Assembly (NCBI GenBank): GCA_048472015.1 | Contig: DBGAZC010000075.1 | Span: 1-53,091 of the forward strand | Direction of reading: 5' to 3' | Length of the DNA stretch: 53,091 nt | From: Collinsella sp. | GTDB taxonomy: Bacteria; Actinomycetota; Coriobacteriia; Coriobacteriales; Coriobacteriaceae | In this document: piece by piece, positions 31,205 through 40,015 of the stretch | Layout: each line of letters starts with the position of its first letter | How positions within the stretch are numbered: the first letter of the stretch is position 1 | Made by a program: the position numbers and the translations under genes | The notes under the pieces: model-generated | Database searches by the model: none | What the model was told of the DNA's origin: nothing | Seen by the model: only the letters and a program-made list of their open reading frames with translations

Positions 31205-33958
31205 ATGAACATCTCCGAGACACAGAAAGACCTGCTTGCCTACCTCGATCGCATCACGCGCGAGCTTGGCAGCACGCGGGGCGGGCGCATCCAGAACCGT
31301 CTCGACCACTTCACCACGGCATCTATAACCGACTCGCTCGCCATCTCGCGCAGCCTGGCAAGTCAGTATCTCAACGAGCTCGTGCGCGCTGGCCTCGTGG
31401 TGAAAGCAGGGGCACGACCGGTGTGCTACTTCCACCGCCGCTCCCTCGAACGCTTCTTCCAGTCTCGCATTGAGCGTAGCACCTACCCTTCGGTCGAGCA
31501 GCTCTTCGCCACGCTCGGAAACGGCGAGCGACTCGACTTCGACCGCGCAATCGGTCACGAGCTGAGCCTTGCGCCCTGCATCAGCCAGCTCTGCGCCGCG
31601 CTCAAGTACCCGCCAGCTGGCCTGCCCATCCTGCTCTGTGGCGCCTCGGGAACCGGCAAGGGTCTACTCGCCGAACTTGCCCTCGAATACGGCAAGAACG
31701 TCGGCGTCCTGCAGCAGGAAGCCAAGCTTGTGAGCATCGACTGCTCGCATTACGCAGACGATGCCCGCGCGCTCACTCACGACCTGTGCGCAGATGGCGG
31801 GCCTGCAGATCGGGCGAGCGGCGGCATCGTTTATCTCAAGGACGTCGACGCCCTCTCACCCGCTGCCCAGGACGCGCTCTTGGAGTGGGCCTCCGCACAG
31901 GCGGGCGCCATTGTGCCAGCCCCTGCTGTGCGCCTTATCTTTGCCACCTCAAACGAGGCAGACAGTACCGAGTGCCGCAGCCTCACGCGTCGCATCCCCA
32001 TGTCCGCCCAGGTGCCGTCTCTGCGCGAGCGCACCCAGGAGGAGCGTGAGGAACTGACTCTCCACTTCCTCAAGGAGGAGGGCCGACGCATAGGACGCGA
32101 CATCCTCATAAGTCGCGGAGCCTTCCGAGCCCTCGCCGGCACCAACTTCGAGGAGAACGTACGCGGCCTGCGCGACTGCATCACCAACTGTTGCGCCGAG
32201 GCCTATCTAGACACGAAGGGTGACAGCCTGGAGATTCGCACCTACCAGCTTCCCTCCGCAATCCTTGCCGGCTCCGCACTCGGGCGCAGCGAGAACGACA
32301 TGCAGCTCATCGACACCACCCGGAGCATCCAAAGCCAGGCGGACGACCGCGCACGGCATGTACTCGACGCCATGCTGGAGCCATACGAGAGCTATCGCGA
32401 AGGCACGCTTGATGGGGGCGCGTGCAGCGCTCAGCTGGTGGAGCGAGCCCGCGACCTCGAGGACTACCTGGCGTTCGGGCAAAACCCGGGCCGCTCGAAG
32501 TCCGACGCATACGAGCAGATCGCCGACAGCGTCGTCACTTCCGTGAACGAACTCTACTCGATCGATTTGTCCCGAAAGAGCTCGCATCTAATCGCCCAGG
32601 GCATCTGCCTCCAGCTGTGGCCGCCCGCAAGCCTCTCGCGTTGGAAGAGCTCCCATGCAAGCGAGCTTTCCGGCATGCGCGGCGTCGTGGCCCAGCGCAA
32701 CCGCTTTGCCGTTACTGTCTGCGCCTGCATCGCTGATGAACTCAAGGCCACGCTCGGCATCGCACTCGACGATCTCACGTGTCTGCTCGTCCTTGCGCAT
32801 GCGGCACTCGCACTCGACCCGTCTAAGCGTCGTCGGAGCGTCGGTATCGTCCTCAGTCATGGCTACTCGACCGCCACGAGCATCGCCGACGCCGCCAATC
32901 GGATTCTTGACACGAGGGTCTTCGAGGCCATCGACATGCCCTACGACCAGAAGGTTACGGACGTCGCTGTTCCTCTTCAGCAAATCATCGACCGCTTCTC
33001 CTACGCAGACGAGGTCGTCATCCTCGTGGACATGGGATCGCTCCAGGATATTTATAAGAGTCTGGAATCCACCTCCGGCATGACGCTCGGCATCATAAAC
33101 AACGCCTCTACCGGCCTTGCGGTGGAGGTTGGCGCCGGACTTATCGCGGGTCGCTCCGTGCGAGAGGTTCTCGACGATGCTGCGGCAGCTTGCACCTGTA
33201 ATTATCACATCGTGGCGCGCAACGCCCGACCGGACGCGATTGTCTTCTGCTCCGAAGGCGGACTTGACGCAGCTGCGCGGATCCGCGATCTCGTGGCGCA
33301 GAGCCTGCCTGGCGAGTCCCCCGCGCGGCTTGTCGCCGTTGACTGGCGGCAGCTCGCCAATAACGGATCTGAGGATGCCGCCTTCTCCCAGTACAACGTG
33401 CGCTCGGTCATCGGCACGGACAATCCGCACGCCGACGGAGTCCCGTTCATTTCGCTCGAGGAACTCATCGCCGGCGAAGGAACGGCCCAGATAGACCGCG
33501 CCTTCGCACGCTTGCTCGACGCTGACAGCTTGCGCACATTCCACCAGAATCTCGTCAAGAACATGACCCTCAGGAACGTGGTCGAGTCCATCACAATCCT
33601 TAACCCCAACAAGCTCTTCGGCGAAATCGAGAGTGCCGCAGAGCGGCTCCAGCAGCTCACCGGAGACGTGATTGGCGCTCGTGTGAGCATGGGGCTCTAC
33701 GTGCACCTGTGTTGTCTCGTGGAGCGCCTCGTGACCAGAAGCCCCATCGAGAACTACGCAGACGAGCAGCGCTTCGCCAATGAACACAACGATTTCGTCG
33801 AGGCATTCCGCACGAGCTTCTCTGACATTTCCGCCCATTACCACGTGGAGGTCCCCGTCACGGAGATCGCCTACGCATACGACTACATCAATTCCCGGCA
33901 TGCCCCGCGCAGGCAGGCCACGCCGAACGATGGGCCCGCGGCTCAGCAGGACGAGTGA
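31205..33958 (+). CDS. LevR/DagR-like PRD-containing transcriptional regulator
   Basis: wHTH (SRSLASQYLNEL), GASGTGK, PSLRER, EIIA-like SHGYSTATSIA, EIIB-like domain, PRD GLYVHLCCLVERL; AGGAGG RBS. Confidence 0.93.
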   Translation: MNISETQKDLLAYLDRITRELGSTRGGRIQNRLDHFTTASITDSLAISRSLASQYLNELVRAGLVVKAGARPVCYFHRRSLERFFQSRIERSTYPSVEQLFATLGNGERLDFDRAIGHELSLAPCISQLCAALKYPPAGLPILLCGASGTGKGLLAELALEYGKNVGVLQQEAKLVSIDCSHYADDARALTHDLCADGGPADRASGGIVYLKDVDALSPAAQDALLEWASAQAGAIVPAPAVRLIFATSNEADSTECRSLTRRIPMSAQVPSLRERTQEEREELTLHFLKEEGRRIGRDILISRGAFRALAGTNFEENVRGLRDCITNCCAEAYLDTKGDSLEIRTYQLPSAILAGSALGRSENDMQLIDTTRSIQSQADDRARHVLDAMLEPYESYREGTLDGGACSAQLVERARDLEDYLAFGQNPGRSKSDAYEQIADSVVTSVNELYSIDLSRKSSHLIAQGICLQLWPPASLSRWKSSHASELSGMRGVVAQRNRFAVTVCACIADELKATLGIALDDLTCLLVLAHAALALDPSKRRRSVGIVLSHGYSTATSIADAANRILDTRVFEAIDMPYDQKVTDVAVPLQQIIDRFSYADEVVILVDMGSLQDIYKSLESTSGMTLGIINNASTGLAVEVGAGLIAGRSVREVLDDAAAACTCNYHIVARNARPDAIVFCSEGGLDAAARIRDLVAQSLPGESPARLVAVDWRQLANNGSEDAAFSQYNVRSVIGTDNPHADGVPFISLEELIAGEGTAQIDRAFARLLDADSLRTFHQNLVKNMTLRNVVESITILNPNKLFGEIESAAERLQQLTGDVIGARVSMGLYVHLCCLVERLVTRSPIENYADEQRFANEHNDFVEAFRTSFSDISAHYHVEVPVTEIAYAYDYINSRHAPRRQATPNDGPAAQQDE

Positions 33959-34212
33959 CGCGCCTCGCAAGCAAAGGAAGGAAGCCAACATCACACGAGC
34001 ATCATCGATCGTTGCGTGCAAGGCGGCGGGCCTCACCGTGTTCGCCAAGCGCGAGGAGCGTTTTGGTTTTTCGCAAGCAAATGCGGACGAAATCAGCGAC
34101 CAGATTCCCGATACGCTCAAACATGCAGGGCCCCTATGTGTTTAAGCTCATTTTTCCGTGTGCGGTAGAATGGAGTCGTTGAGATCGCGAACGCCTTAAA
34201 GGGAGAGTTTTT

Positions 34213-34947
34213 GTGGATGCGCATCTGGATGGGGGCTCTTCCGCCCCGCTGTATCAACAGGTGCTCGATTTGCTTAAGAGCGATATCGAACAGGGGACAT
34301 ATCCCGTTGACTCGCAGATTCCAACGGAACTTGAGCTTTCTAAGATGTACGGCGTGGGAAGGGTCACGGTTCGCCGCGCAATAGAGGAGCTTGTGGGCGA
34401 GGGGTATCTCACCAAGCGGCAGGGGCGTGGTACGTTTGTGACCGCGACAAAGATAATTCGCAAGGTGCATCAGAAGGACGATGTTCAGAGTTTTACCCAA
34501 GCATGCGCTGAAAACGGCATGAAGGCGGGCGCTCGCGTCGTTGCCCGCAAGACCGTTGCCGCCGATCGCGACCTCGCTTCTTTCTTTGGCTTGGATGAAG
34601 GCTCTGACCTCATCTTGGTCTCACGCGTGCGTACCGCAGACGGCGTGCCGGTCCTGTTCGAGAACAACTACTATCCTGTCGATGGATTCGAATTTCTCAA
34701 AGATATCGGTCTCTCCAATTGTTCGATATTCGAGGCCGTGGGGGAGCGTACGGGTAGGTATCCCTGCTCGTCCGATCCCTGCAGGCTGGAGATCGCCCGT
34801 GCGGGAATTGATGCCGCCCGCGAGCTCAAGGTCCCAGTAGGGGAGCCGCTGTTCTTCATGAACGCGGGCTTTCTCGATTCCAACGGAGAGCGCTTCTGCT
34901 ATGGCAGACAGTACTACGTGGGTTCGCGCTACAGCTTCGATATCTAG
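34213..34947 (+). CDS. frlR: GntR/HutC family regulator with UTRA domain (FrlR-like)
   Basis: PLYQQV, IPTELEL, TVRRAI, QGRGTFV; adjacent to the frl genes. Confidence 0.85.
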   Translation: MDAHLDGGSSAPLYQQVLDLLKSDIEQGTYPVDSQIPTELELSKMYGVGRVTVRRAIEELVGEGYLTKRQGRGTFVTATKIIRKVHQKDDVQSFTQACAENGMKAGARVVARKTVAADRDLASFFGLDEGSDLILVSRVRTADGVPVLFENNYYPVDGFEFLKDIGLSNCSIFEAVGERTGRYPCSSDPCRLEIARAGIDAARELKVPVGEPLFFMNAGFLDSNGERFCYGRQYYVGSRYSFDI

Positions 34948-35019
34948 CGGCTCTGTCTCACACAGCGCTGTTCTCGTATTGCCGCGGCAGGTCCGTTTAG
35001 CGCGTAAAAGTTACCACTT

Positions 35020-35090
35020 ATAGAACAACCTAATATGTTTCTTGACCGACGCCTTCATGCAGGTTATACATAGAACAACCTAAGATGTTT
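35020..35090 (+). promoter_or_regulatory. frl operon promoter flanked by two 21-bp direct repeats
   Basis: ATAGAACAACCTAA(T/G)ATGTTT at 35020-35040 and 35070-35090; TTGACC (35042)-17 nt-TATACA (35065). Confidence 0.8.
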
Positions 35091-35144
35091 GCCTATACGT
35101 GAAGGATTTTTGGCAAGCATCGTTGCTCTGGCAGGAGGTTAAGA

Positions 35145-36608
35145 ATGCCGGATGCCAAACAGGAGAAGCCCAAGCGCAGATTCTATCTCCAGCTTCCCCA
35201 TGTGTACACCATCGCGTTCATGCTGATCGTGTTCTTCGCGGTGCTCACATGGATCGTCCCATCGGGTCAGTTCGACCGCCAGACCATTCAGACGGCCGCG
35301 GGCGAGCGAGAAGTCGCCGTAGCCGGAACGTACCAAGAGGTCGACAAGGTCTACACCGATTCGGAGACGGGGGAGACCGTCGATCTGCGACAGGGCATCG
35401 ATGCCGTCCTGCAGGCTCCCGCCAAGGGCATTCAGGCTGCGGCCGATGTCGTCGCGTTCGTCCTGCTGATCGGCGGATCGTTCGCCATCGTCACCAAGAC
35501 CAACGCCCTAAACGCCGGCATGAGCCGCGTGATCAAGAAGCTGAAGAACAAGGACATCTTGATCATCCCCATCTCCATGATCCTGCTCTCGATCTGCGGC
35601 ACCACGTTCGGCATGTCCGAGGAGGCGCTGCCGTTCTACGCGATCTTCATCCCCATCATGCTGAGCATCGGGTATGACTCCATGACCGCGTTCATCATCT
35701 GCTTCCTCGGCCCCAACCTTGGTTACTGCGCATCCACTATTGATCCTTTCAACGTGCTGATCGCCCAGGGCGTTATCGGCATCGAGGGAAATCCCCAGCT
35801 TTGGCTCCGCGCCATCCTGTGGGTCATCTTCACCGCCGCGGGCATTTTCTGGGCCATGCGCTACGCGCGCCGCGTCAAGCTCGATCCCAAGTCCTCCATC
35901 ACCTATGAGGACGATAAGCAGAAGCGCATCGAGTTCTCTGTCACCGATGCCTCTATCGAAGAGGAGTTCACGCTTCGCCACAAGCTCGTCCTCATTGATT
36001 TCGCGGTCGGCATGGGCGTTATCGTGTGGGGCCTCGTTACCCAGGGCTGGTATATGGACGAGATCTCCATGGTGTTCCTGGCCATGGGCCTTCTTGCCGG
36101 CATACTCGGCGGCCTGGACGAGAAGACCATTGCGGAGGAGTTCGTCCGCGGAATCGCCGACTTCGCCTACGCAGCCTGCATCATCGGCATCGCCCGCGGC
36201 ATCCTGGTCGTTGCAGAGGGCGGAATGATCATCGACTCTATTCTTAACTGGCTCGTCGGACTCCTTGCGGGCGCTCCGTCCTTCATCTATACCACCTTCA
36301 TGTACATCGTCCTCGGCCTGCTTTCGCTGCTGGTTCCTTCCAGCTCCGGCCTCGCTGCACTCACCATGCCCGTCATGGGCCCGCTGACCGAGCTTATGGG
36401 CCTCAATCCCGGGGCTGCCGTCACCGCTCTGCAGTTCGCGAACCAGACCGTCAACACCATCAGCCCCGTTGCGGGCATGACCGTCGCGGGTCTTGCCGTG
36501 GCGAAGATCTCCTTCGGGCAATGGTGGAAGACCATCTGGAAGTTCTTTATCTTCATGGTTCTGTTCGGATTGGTCGCGACTGTGATCTCCGGCCTACTGC
36601 CGATGTAG
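35145..36608 (+). CDS. YfcC/DcuC-type transporter, candidate fructoselysine permease
   Basis: LPHVYTI, TWIVPSGQFDR, GMSEE, VPSSSGLAALTMP; many TM helices. Confidence 0.88.
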   Translation: MPDAKQEKPKRRFYLQLPHVYTIAFMLIVFFAVLTWIVPSGQFDRQTIQTAAGEREVAVAGTYQEVDKVYTDSETGETVDLRQGIDAVLQAPAKGIQAAADVVAFVLLIGGSFAIVTKTNALNAGMSRVIKKLKNKDILIIPISMILLSICGTTFGMSEEALPFYAIFIPIMLSIGYDSMTAFIICFLGPNLGYCASTIDPFNVLIAQGVIGIEGNPQLWLRAILWVIFTAAGIFWAMRYARRVKLDPKSSITYEDDKQKRIEFSVTDASIEEEFTLRHKLVLIDFAVGMGVIVWGLVTQGWYMDEISMVFLAMGLLAGILGGLDEKTIAEEFVRGIADFAYAACIIGIARGILVVAEGGMIIDSILNWLVGLLAGAPSFIYTTFMYIVLGLLSLLVPSSSGLAALTMPVMGPLTELMGLNPGAAVTALQFANQTVNTISPVAGMTVAGLAVAKISFGQWWKTIWKFFIFMVLFGLVATVISGLLPM

Positions 36609-36620
36609 GAGGTGCCCAGC

Positions 36621-37478
36621 ATGGATTTAAGCGCTTCCACACCCCGTCTGCGTCGCGAGCAGGTCGCCGGCATGAACATTCACTACATCATGTGGTCGCT
36701 CGATTACTTCCTTGATGCTCAGCAGCGCCTTGGCTTCAAAACCATCGAGCTTTGGGCGGCCGAGCCGCACGTGACGCTGGACCACACGGGGTATTTCGAG
36801 GCCGACGAGCTTCGCCGCAAGATCGAGTCCCGCGGACTCTCCGTGAGCTCCCTGTGTCCGGAGAACGTGGTGTATCCGTGGCAGTACGCTGCCAGAAAGC
36901 CCCTCCACGCGCAGCGGAGCCTCGCTTACTTTAAGCACGGCATCGAGCTCGCCGAGGTGCTCGGCGCCCCGTATATGTCCATCAACTCCGGTTGGGGCGA
37001 TTGGGACGAGGACCGCGAGGAGGCTTGGAAGCGCTCTGCCGAGCACTTGGCGATTCTTGCGGACTATGCCGGCGAGCACGGCGTGACCCTCTGCATGGAG
37101 AGCCTGAGGCCGGAAGAGAGCAACTTGGTGGTTACACTCGCGGACGCCAGGCGCATGCTTGACCAAGTAGCCAGCCCGCACCTTACTCCAATGGTGGACA
37201 CTACCGCTATGGGAGTCGCCGGCGAGAGCCTTGAAGAGTGGTTTGCCGAGTTTGGCGATGGTGCCATAAGGAACATGCGCTTCATTGATGGCGACCCATA
37301 TGGCCATCTGGTTTGGGGCGATGGAAAGCACAGTATGGACGATTTCGTACGCGTCCTCAACGCGCATGGGTTCGAGGGCTATCTTGGTCAGGAGATCACC
37401 GATGGAAGGTATTTCGATGATCCCGCAGCAGCGGACCGGCACAACATGGACGCCTTCGAGAGGTATTTTGTCGACTAG
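36621..37478 (+). CDS. frlC: TIM-barrel sugar epimerase, fructoselysine 3-epimerase-like
   Basis: IELW..EPH, MESLRPEESNLV, MVDT, HLVWGDG, GYLGQE; frl context. Confidence 0.78.
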   Translation: MDLSASTPRLRREQVAGMNIHYIMWSLDYFLDAQQRLGFKTIELWAAEPHVTLDHTGYFEADELRRKIESRGLSVSSLCPENVVYPWQYAARKPLHAQRSLAYFKHGIELAEVLGAPYMSINSGWGDWDEDREEAWKRSAEHLAILADYAGEHGVTLCMESLRPEESNLVVTLADARRMLDQVASPHLTPMVDTTAMGVAGESLEEWFAEFGDGAIRNMRFIDGDPYGHLVWGDGKHSMDDFVRVLNAHGFEGYLGQEITDGRYFDDPAAADRHNMDAFERYFVD

Positions 37479-37578
37479 CGCGTAGCTCCCATTCGCGTGG
37501 GGAAGTCAACACGCTTGACGAGAAGACTCGCAGTAAACGTTGGCGGATTCGTCCGCCGTATCGAAAGGAAGAATAACA

Positions 37579-38547
37579 ATGAACGCACATGATCTTATCG
37601 CCGACGCAATCGCTGAAAAGGGCGGTTTCGATAGCGTCTTCTGGGTTGCCTGCGGCGGCTCCCTCATCGACCTGCTGCCCGCCCACGAGCTGCTCAAGCG
37701 CGAGGCGACTACGTTTGCCAGCGAGGCGTATACCGCCCGCGAGTTCGATATCATGCGTCCCAAGCGCCTGGGCGAAAAGTCCCTTGTCATCGCTTGCAGC
37801 CACTCCGGCAACACCCCCGAGGTAATCGATGCGTGCTCGATCGCCAAGGCGGCGGGCGCGACCGTTATCGTGCAGACGGACAACGCGGGTTCCGGCATCG
37901 ATAACGGTGAGTGGACGTGCTGGGTATATCCGTGGGGCGAGGGAGTTCCGCAGGCGGAGGTGCCCGCCGGCATCTCTTTGGCTCTCGCTTCCGAGCTCCT
38001 GGATCAGCAGGAAGGTTATGCCGACCTTGCCGACATGTACGAAGGCATCGCCAAGATGGACCAGATCCTGCCTGCAGCTCGCGAGAAGGTCAACGCCGAA
38101 CTCTGCGACCGTTTTGCCGCCCTGTGCCAGGACCACAAGTTCCTGTATATCTTGGGGTCCGGTCCCGTGTTTAGCCAGGCCTATGGCTTCGCTATCTGCT
38201 CGCTTATGGAGATGCAGTGGCAGAGCTGCGCCTATATCCACTCCGGCGAGTACTTCCACGGCCCCTTCGAGGTGACCGAGCCCGGAGTCTTCTACTTCCT
38301 GCAGATGTCTTCTAGTGAGTGCCGAGCCATGGATGAGCGCGCCCTCGCATTCCTCGAGACCCATACCGACACTCTTATGGTGCTCGACGCCATGGAGTAC
38401 GGCATGGACCAAGTACCGGCGAGCGTTCGCGCGTTCCTTGATCCAATCCTGTTCTACGCGATGAACTGTGAGCTGCGCTCCGCTCGCGGCAAGGTGTTCG
38501 ACCATCACCCGGACGTGCGTCGTTACATGGGCATCGAGAAGTACTAG
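37579..38547 (+). CDS. frlB: Fructoselysine-6-phosphate deglycase (SIS domains)
   Basis: ACGGS, SHSGNTPE, CSLMEMQW, HSGEYFHGPFE, RRYMG. Confidence 0.93.
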   Translation: MNAHDLIADAIAEKGGFDSVFWVACGGSLIDLLPAHELLKREATTFASEAYTAREFDIMRPKRLGEKSLVIACSHSGNTPEVIDACSIAKAAGATVIVQTDNAGSGIDNGEWTCWVYPWGEGVPQAEVPAGISLALASELLDQQEGYADLADMYEGIAKMDQILPAAREKVNAELCDRFAALCQDHKFLYILGSGPVFSQAYGFAICSLMEMQWQSCAYIHSGEYFHGPFEVTEPGVFYFLQMSSSECRAMDERALAFLETHTDTLMVLDAMEYGMDQVPASVRAFLDPILFYAMNCELRSARGKVFDHHPDVRRYMGIEKY

Positions 38548-38646
38548 CGATTTTAAAACGGGGCGCGAGGCGCGTTGAGACGTGCGAATCCCTCGCGCCC
38601 CGTCTGCTCGCCGTAACCACGGCGGTTTACCTGAATGGAGATAACC

Positions 38647-39519
38647 ATGGCAGCCTATCCTATAAGCGTGCTTGGCTTTGGAGACAACGTTGTCGATAAG
38701 TACGAGCACATCAAGACCATGTATCCCGGCGGCAATGCAGTTAACTTCGCCGTCTTCGCCAAGAAGCTCGGCGTCGATCGCAGCGCCTACATGGGAATCT
38801 TCGGATCAGATGAGGAGGCCGAGCACGTTATAGCATCGCTCGAGGACGAGGGCGTCGAGCTTCTTCGCTGCCAGCAGGTCCTGGGCGTCAACGGCGCCGC
38901 TCGCGTGACCGTTGACGAGACCGGGGACCGTATCTTCCTGGGCTCCAATGAAGGCGGCATACGTGGCGACATGCGCTACGTGATAGACCGCTTCGCCGCC
39001 GAGTACGTCAGCGGCTTCGATTTGGTGCACAGCGGCAACTACTGCTTCACCGAGCGCGAGCTCCCCAAGATCAAGGCTGCCGGCGTGCCTATCAGCTTCG
39101 ACTTCTCCGATGACTCCACCGACGAGTACTTCGGGCAGATTGCGCCATTTGTGACGTACGCCTTTATGTCCATGGGCGACGCTTCCCTGGAGGATATCAA
39201 GGCGAAGCTCGAGTGGGTGAAGGCCCTTGGCCCTCAAATCGTATGCGCATCGCGCGGGAGCAAGGGCTCCGTCGCCTATGACGGCGAAAACTTCTACGAG
39301 CAGGGCATCAAGCCCGTGGCGCCCGAGGAGCTCAAAGACGCTATGGCGGCCGGCGATTCACTGCTGACGGCGTTTTTGGTCACCTATCTTTCCAAGAAGA
39401 AGGCCGGCGAGTGCGGCGAGGCCGCGATTCGCGAGAGCTTGGACTTCGCTGCCGGTTTTGCGGCGGAGACCTGCAAGATCGAGGGCAGTTGGGGCCACCC
39501 GCTGGTCTACGAGAACTAG
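38647..39519 (+). CDS. frlD: Fructoselysine 6-kinase (PfkB family)
   Basis: GDNVVDKY, YPGGNAVNFAV, SFDFSD, DAMAAGDS. Confidence 0.92.
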   Translation: MAAYPISVLGFGDNVVDKYEHIKTMYPGGNAVNFAVFAKKLGVDRSAYMGIFGSDEEAEHVIASLEDEGVELLRCQQVLGVNGAARVTVDETGDRIFLGSNEGGIRGDMRYVIDRFAAEYVSGFDLVHSGNYCFTERELPKIKAAGVPISFDFSDDSTDEYFGQIAPFVTYAFMSMGDASLEDIKAKLEWVKALGPQIVCASRGSKGSVAYDGENFYEQGIKPVAPEELKDAMAAGDSLLTAFLVTYLSKKKAGECGEAAIRESLDFAAGFAAETCKIEGSWGHPLVYEN

Positions 39520-39921
39520 TTTTTTGTCGTGGCGGGGTGTCTTGGGGCGCCCCGCATTGCGTTAGGAGTCAAGATGTCCGTTCGTGCCTGCGCGGCAGGA
39601 TTTTGCTGCGCCGATGTCTACCAGAATCTGGATCCCCTGGGTTGCATCCAAGGGGGCCTCTCAGGAGCGCTTCGAGGGGTGCTTCTTGAGTATATGAAGG
39701 CAAAAGGGATATGCAATCTTCATATACGGCCTTCTTTTAGAGGGCGTTGTCCTTACTCTTTCATCTCCTTGCCTATGGACATTTTGTCCATAGGCAAGAG
39801 TCCATGGTCGAGATCATGGTGAAGTTCTGCGGCCAGTAATTACTGCATTACATATTCTGTTGTCACCTGGGAGGCTCGCTTTTGCGGGCCTCTTTGCGTT
39901 GCTAAGGGGCCATGGTCTGTC

Positions 39922-39963
39922 GATAAATAAAGCGCCCGCTTGCGGGGGGGGGCAAGCGGGCGC
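39922..39963 (-). terminator. Intrinsic terminator for the kinase operon
   Basis: GCGCCCGCTTGC / GCAAGCGGGCGC stem with an A-rich tract on the left. Confidence 0.75.
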
Positions 39964-40015
39964 CGTTGAGCGAATATGTTTGCGGCCCTAGCCGCTGCGG
40001 GTGATGGGTCCTCGA

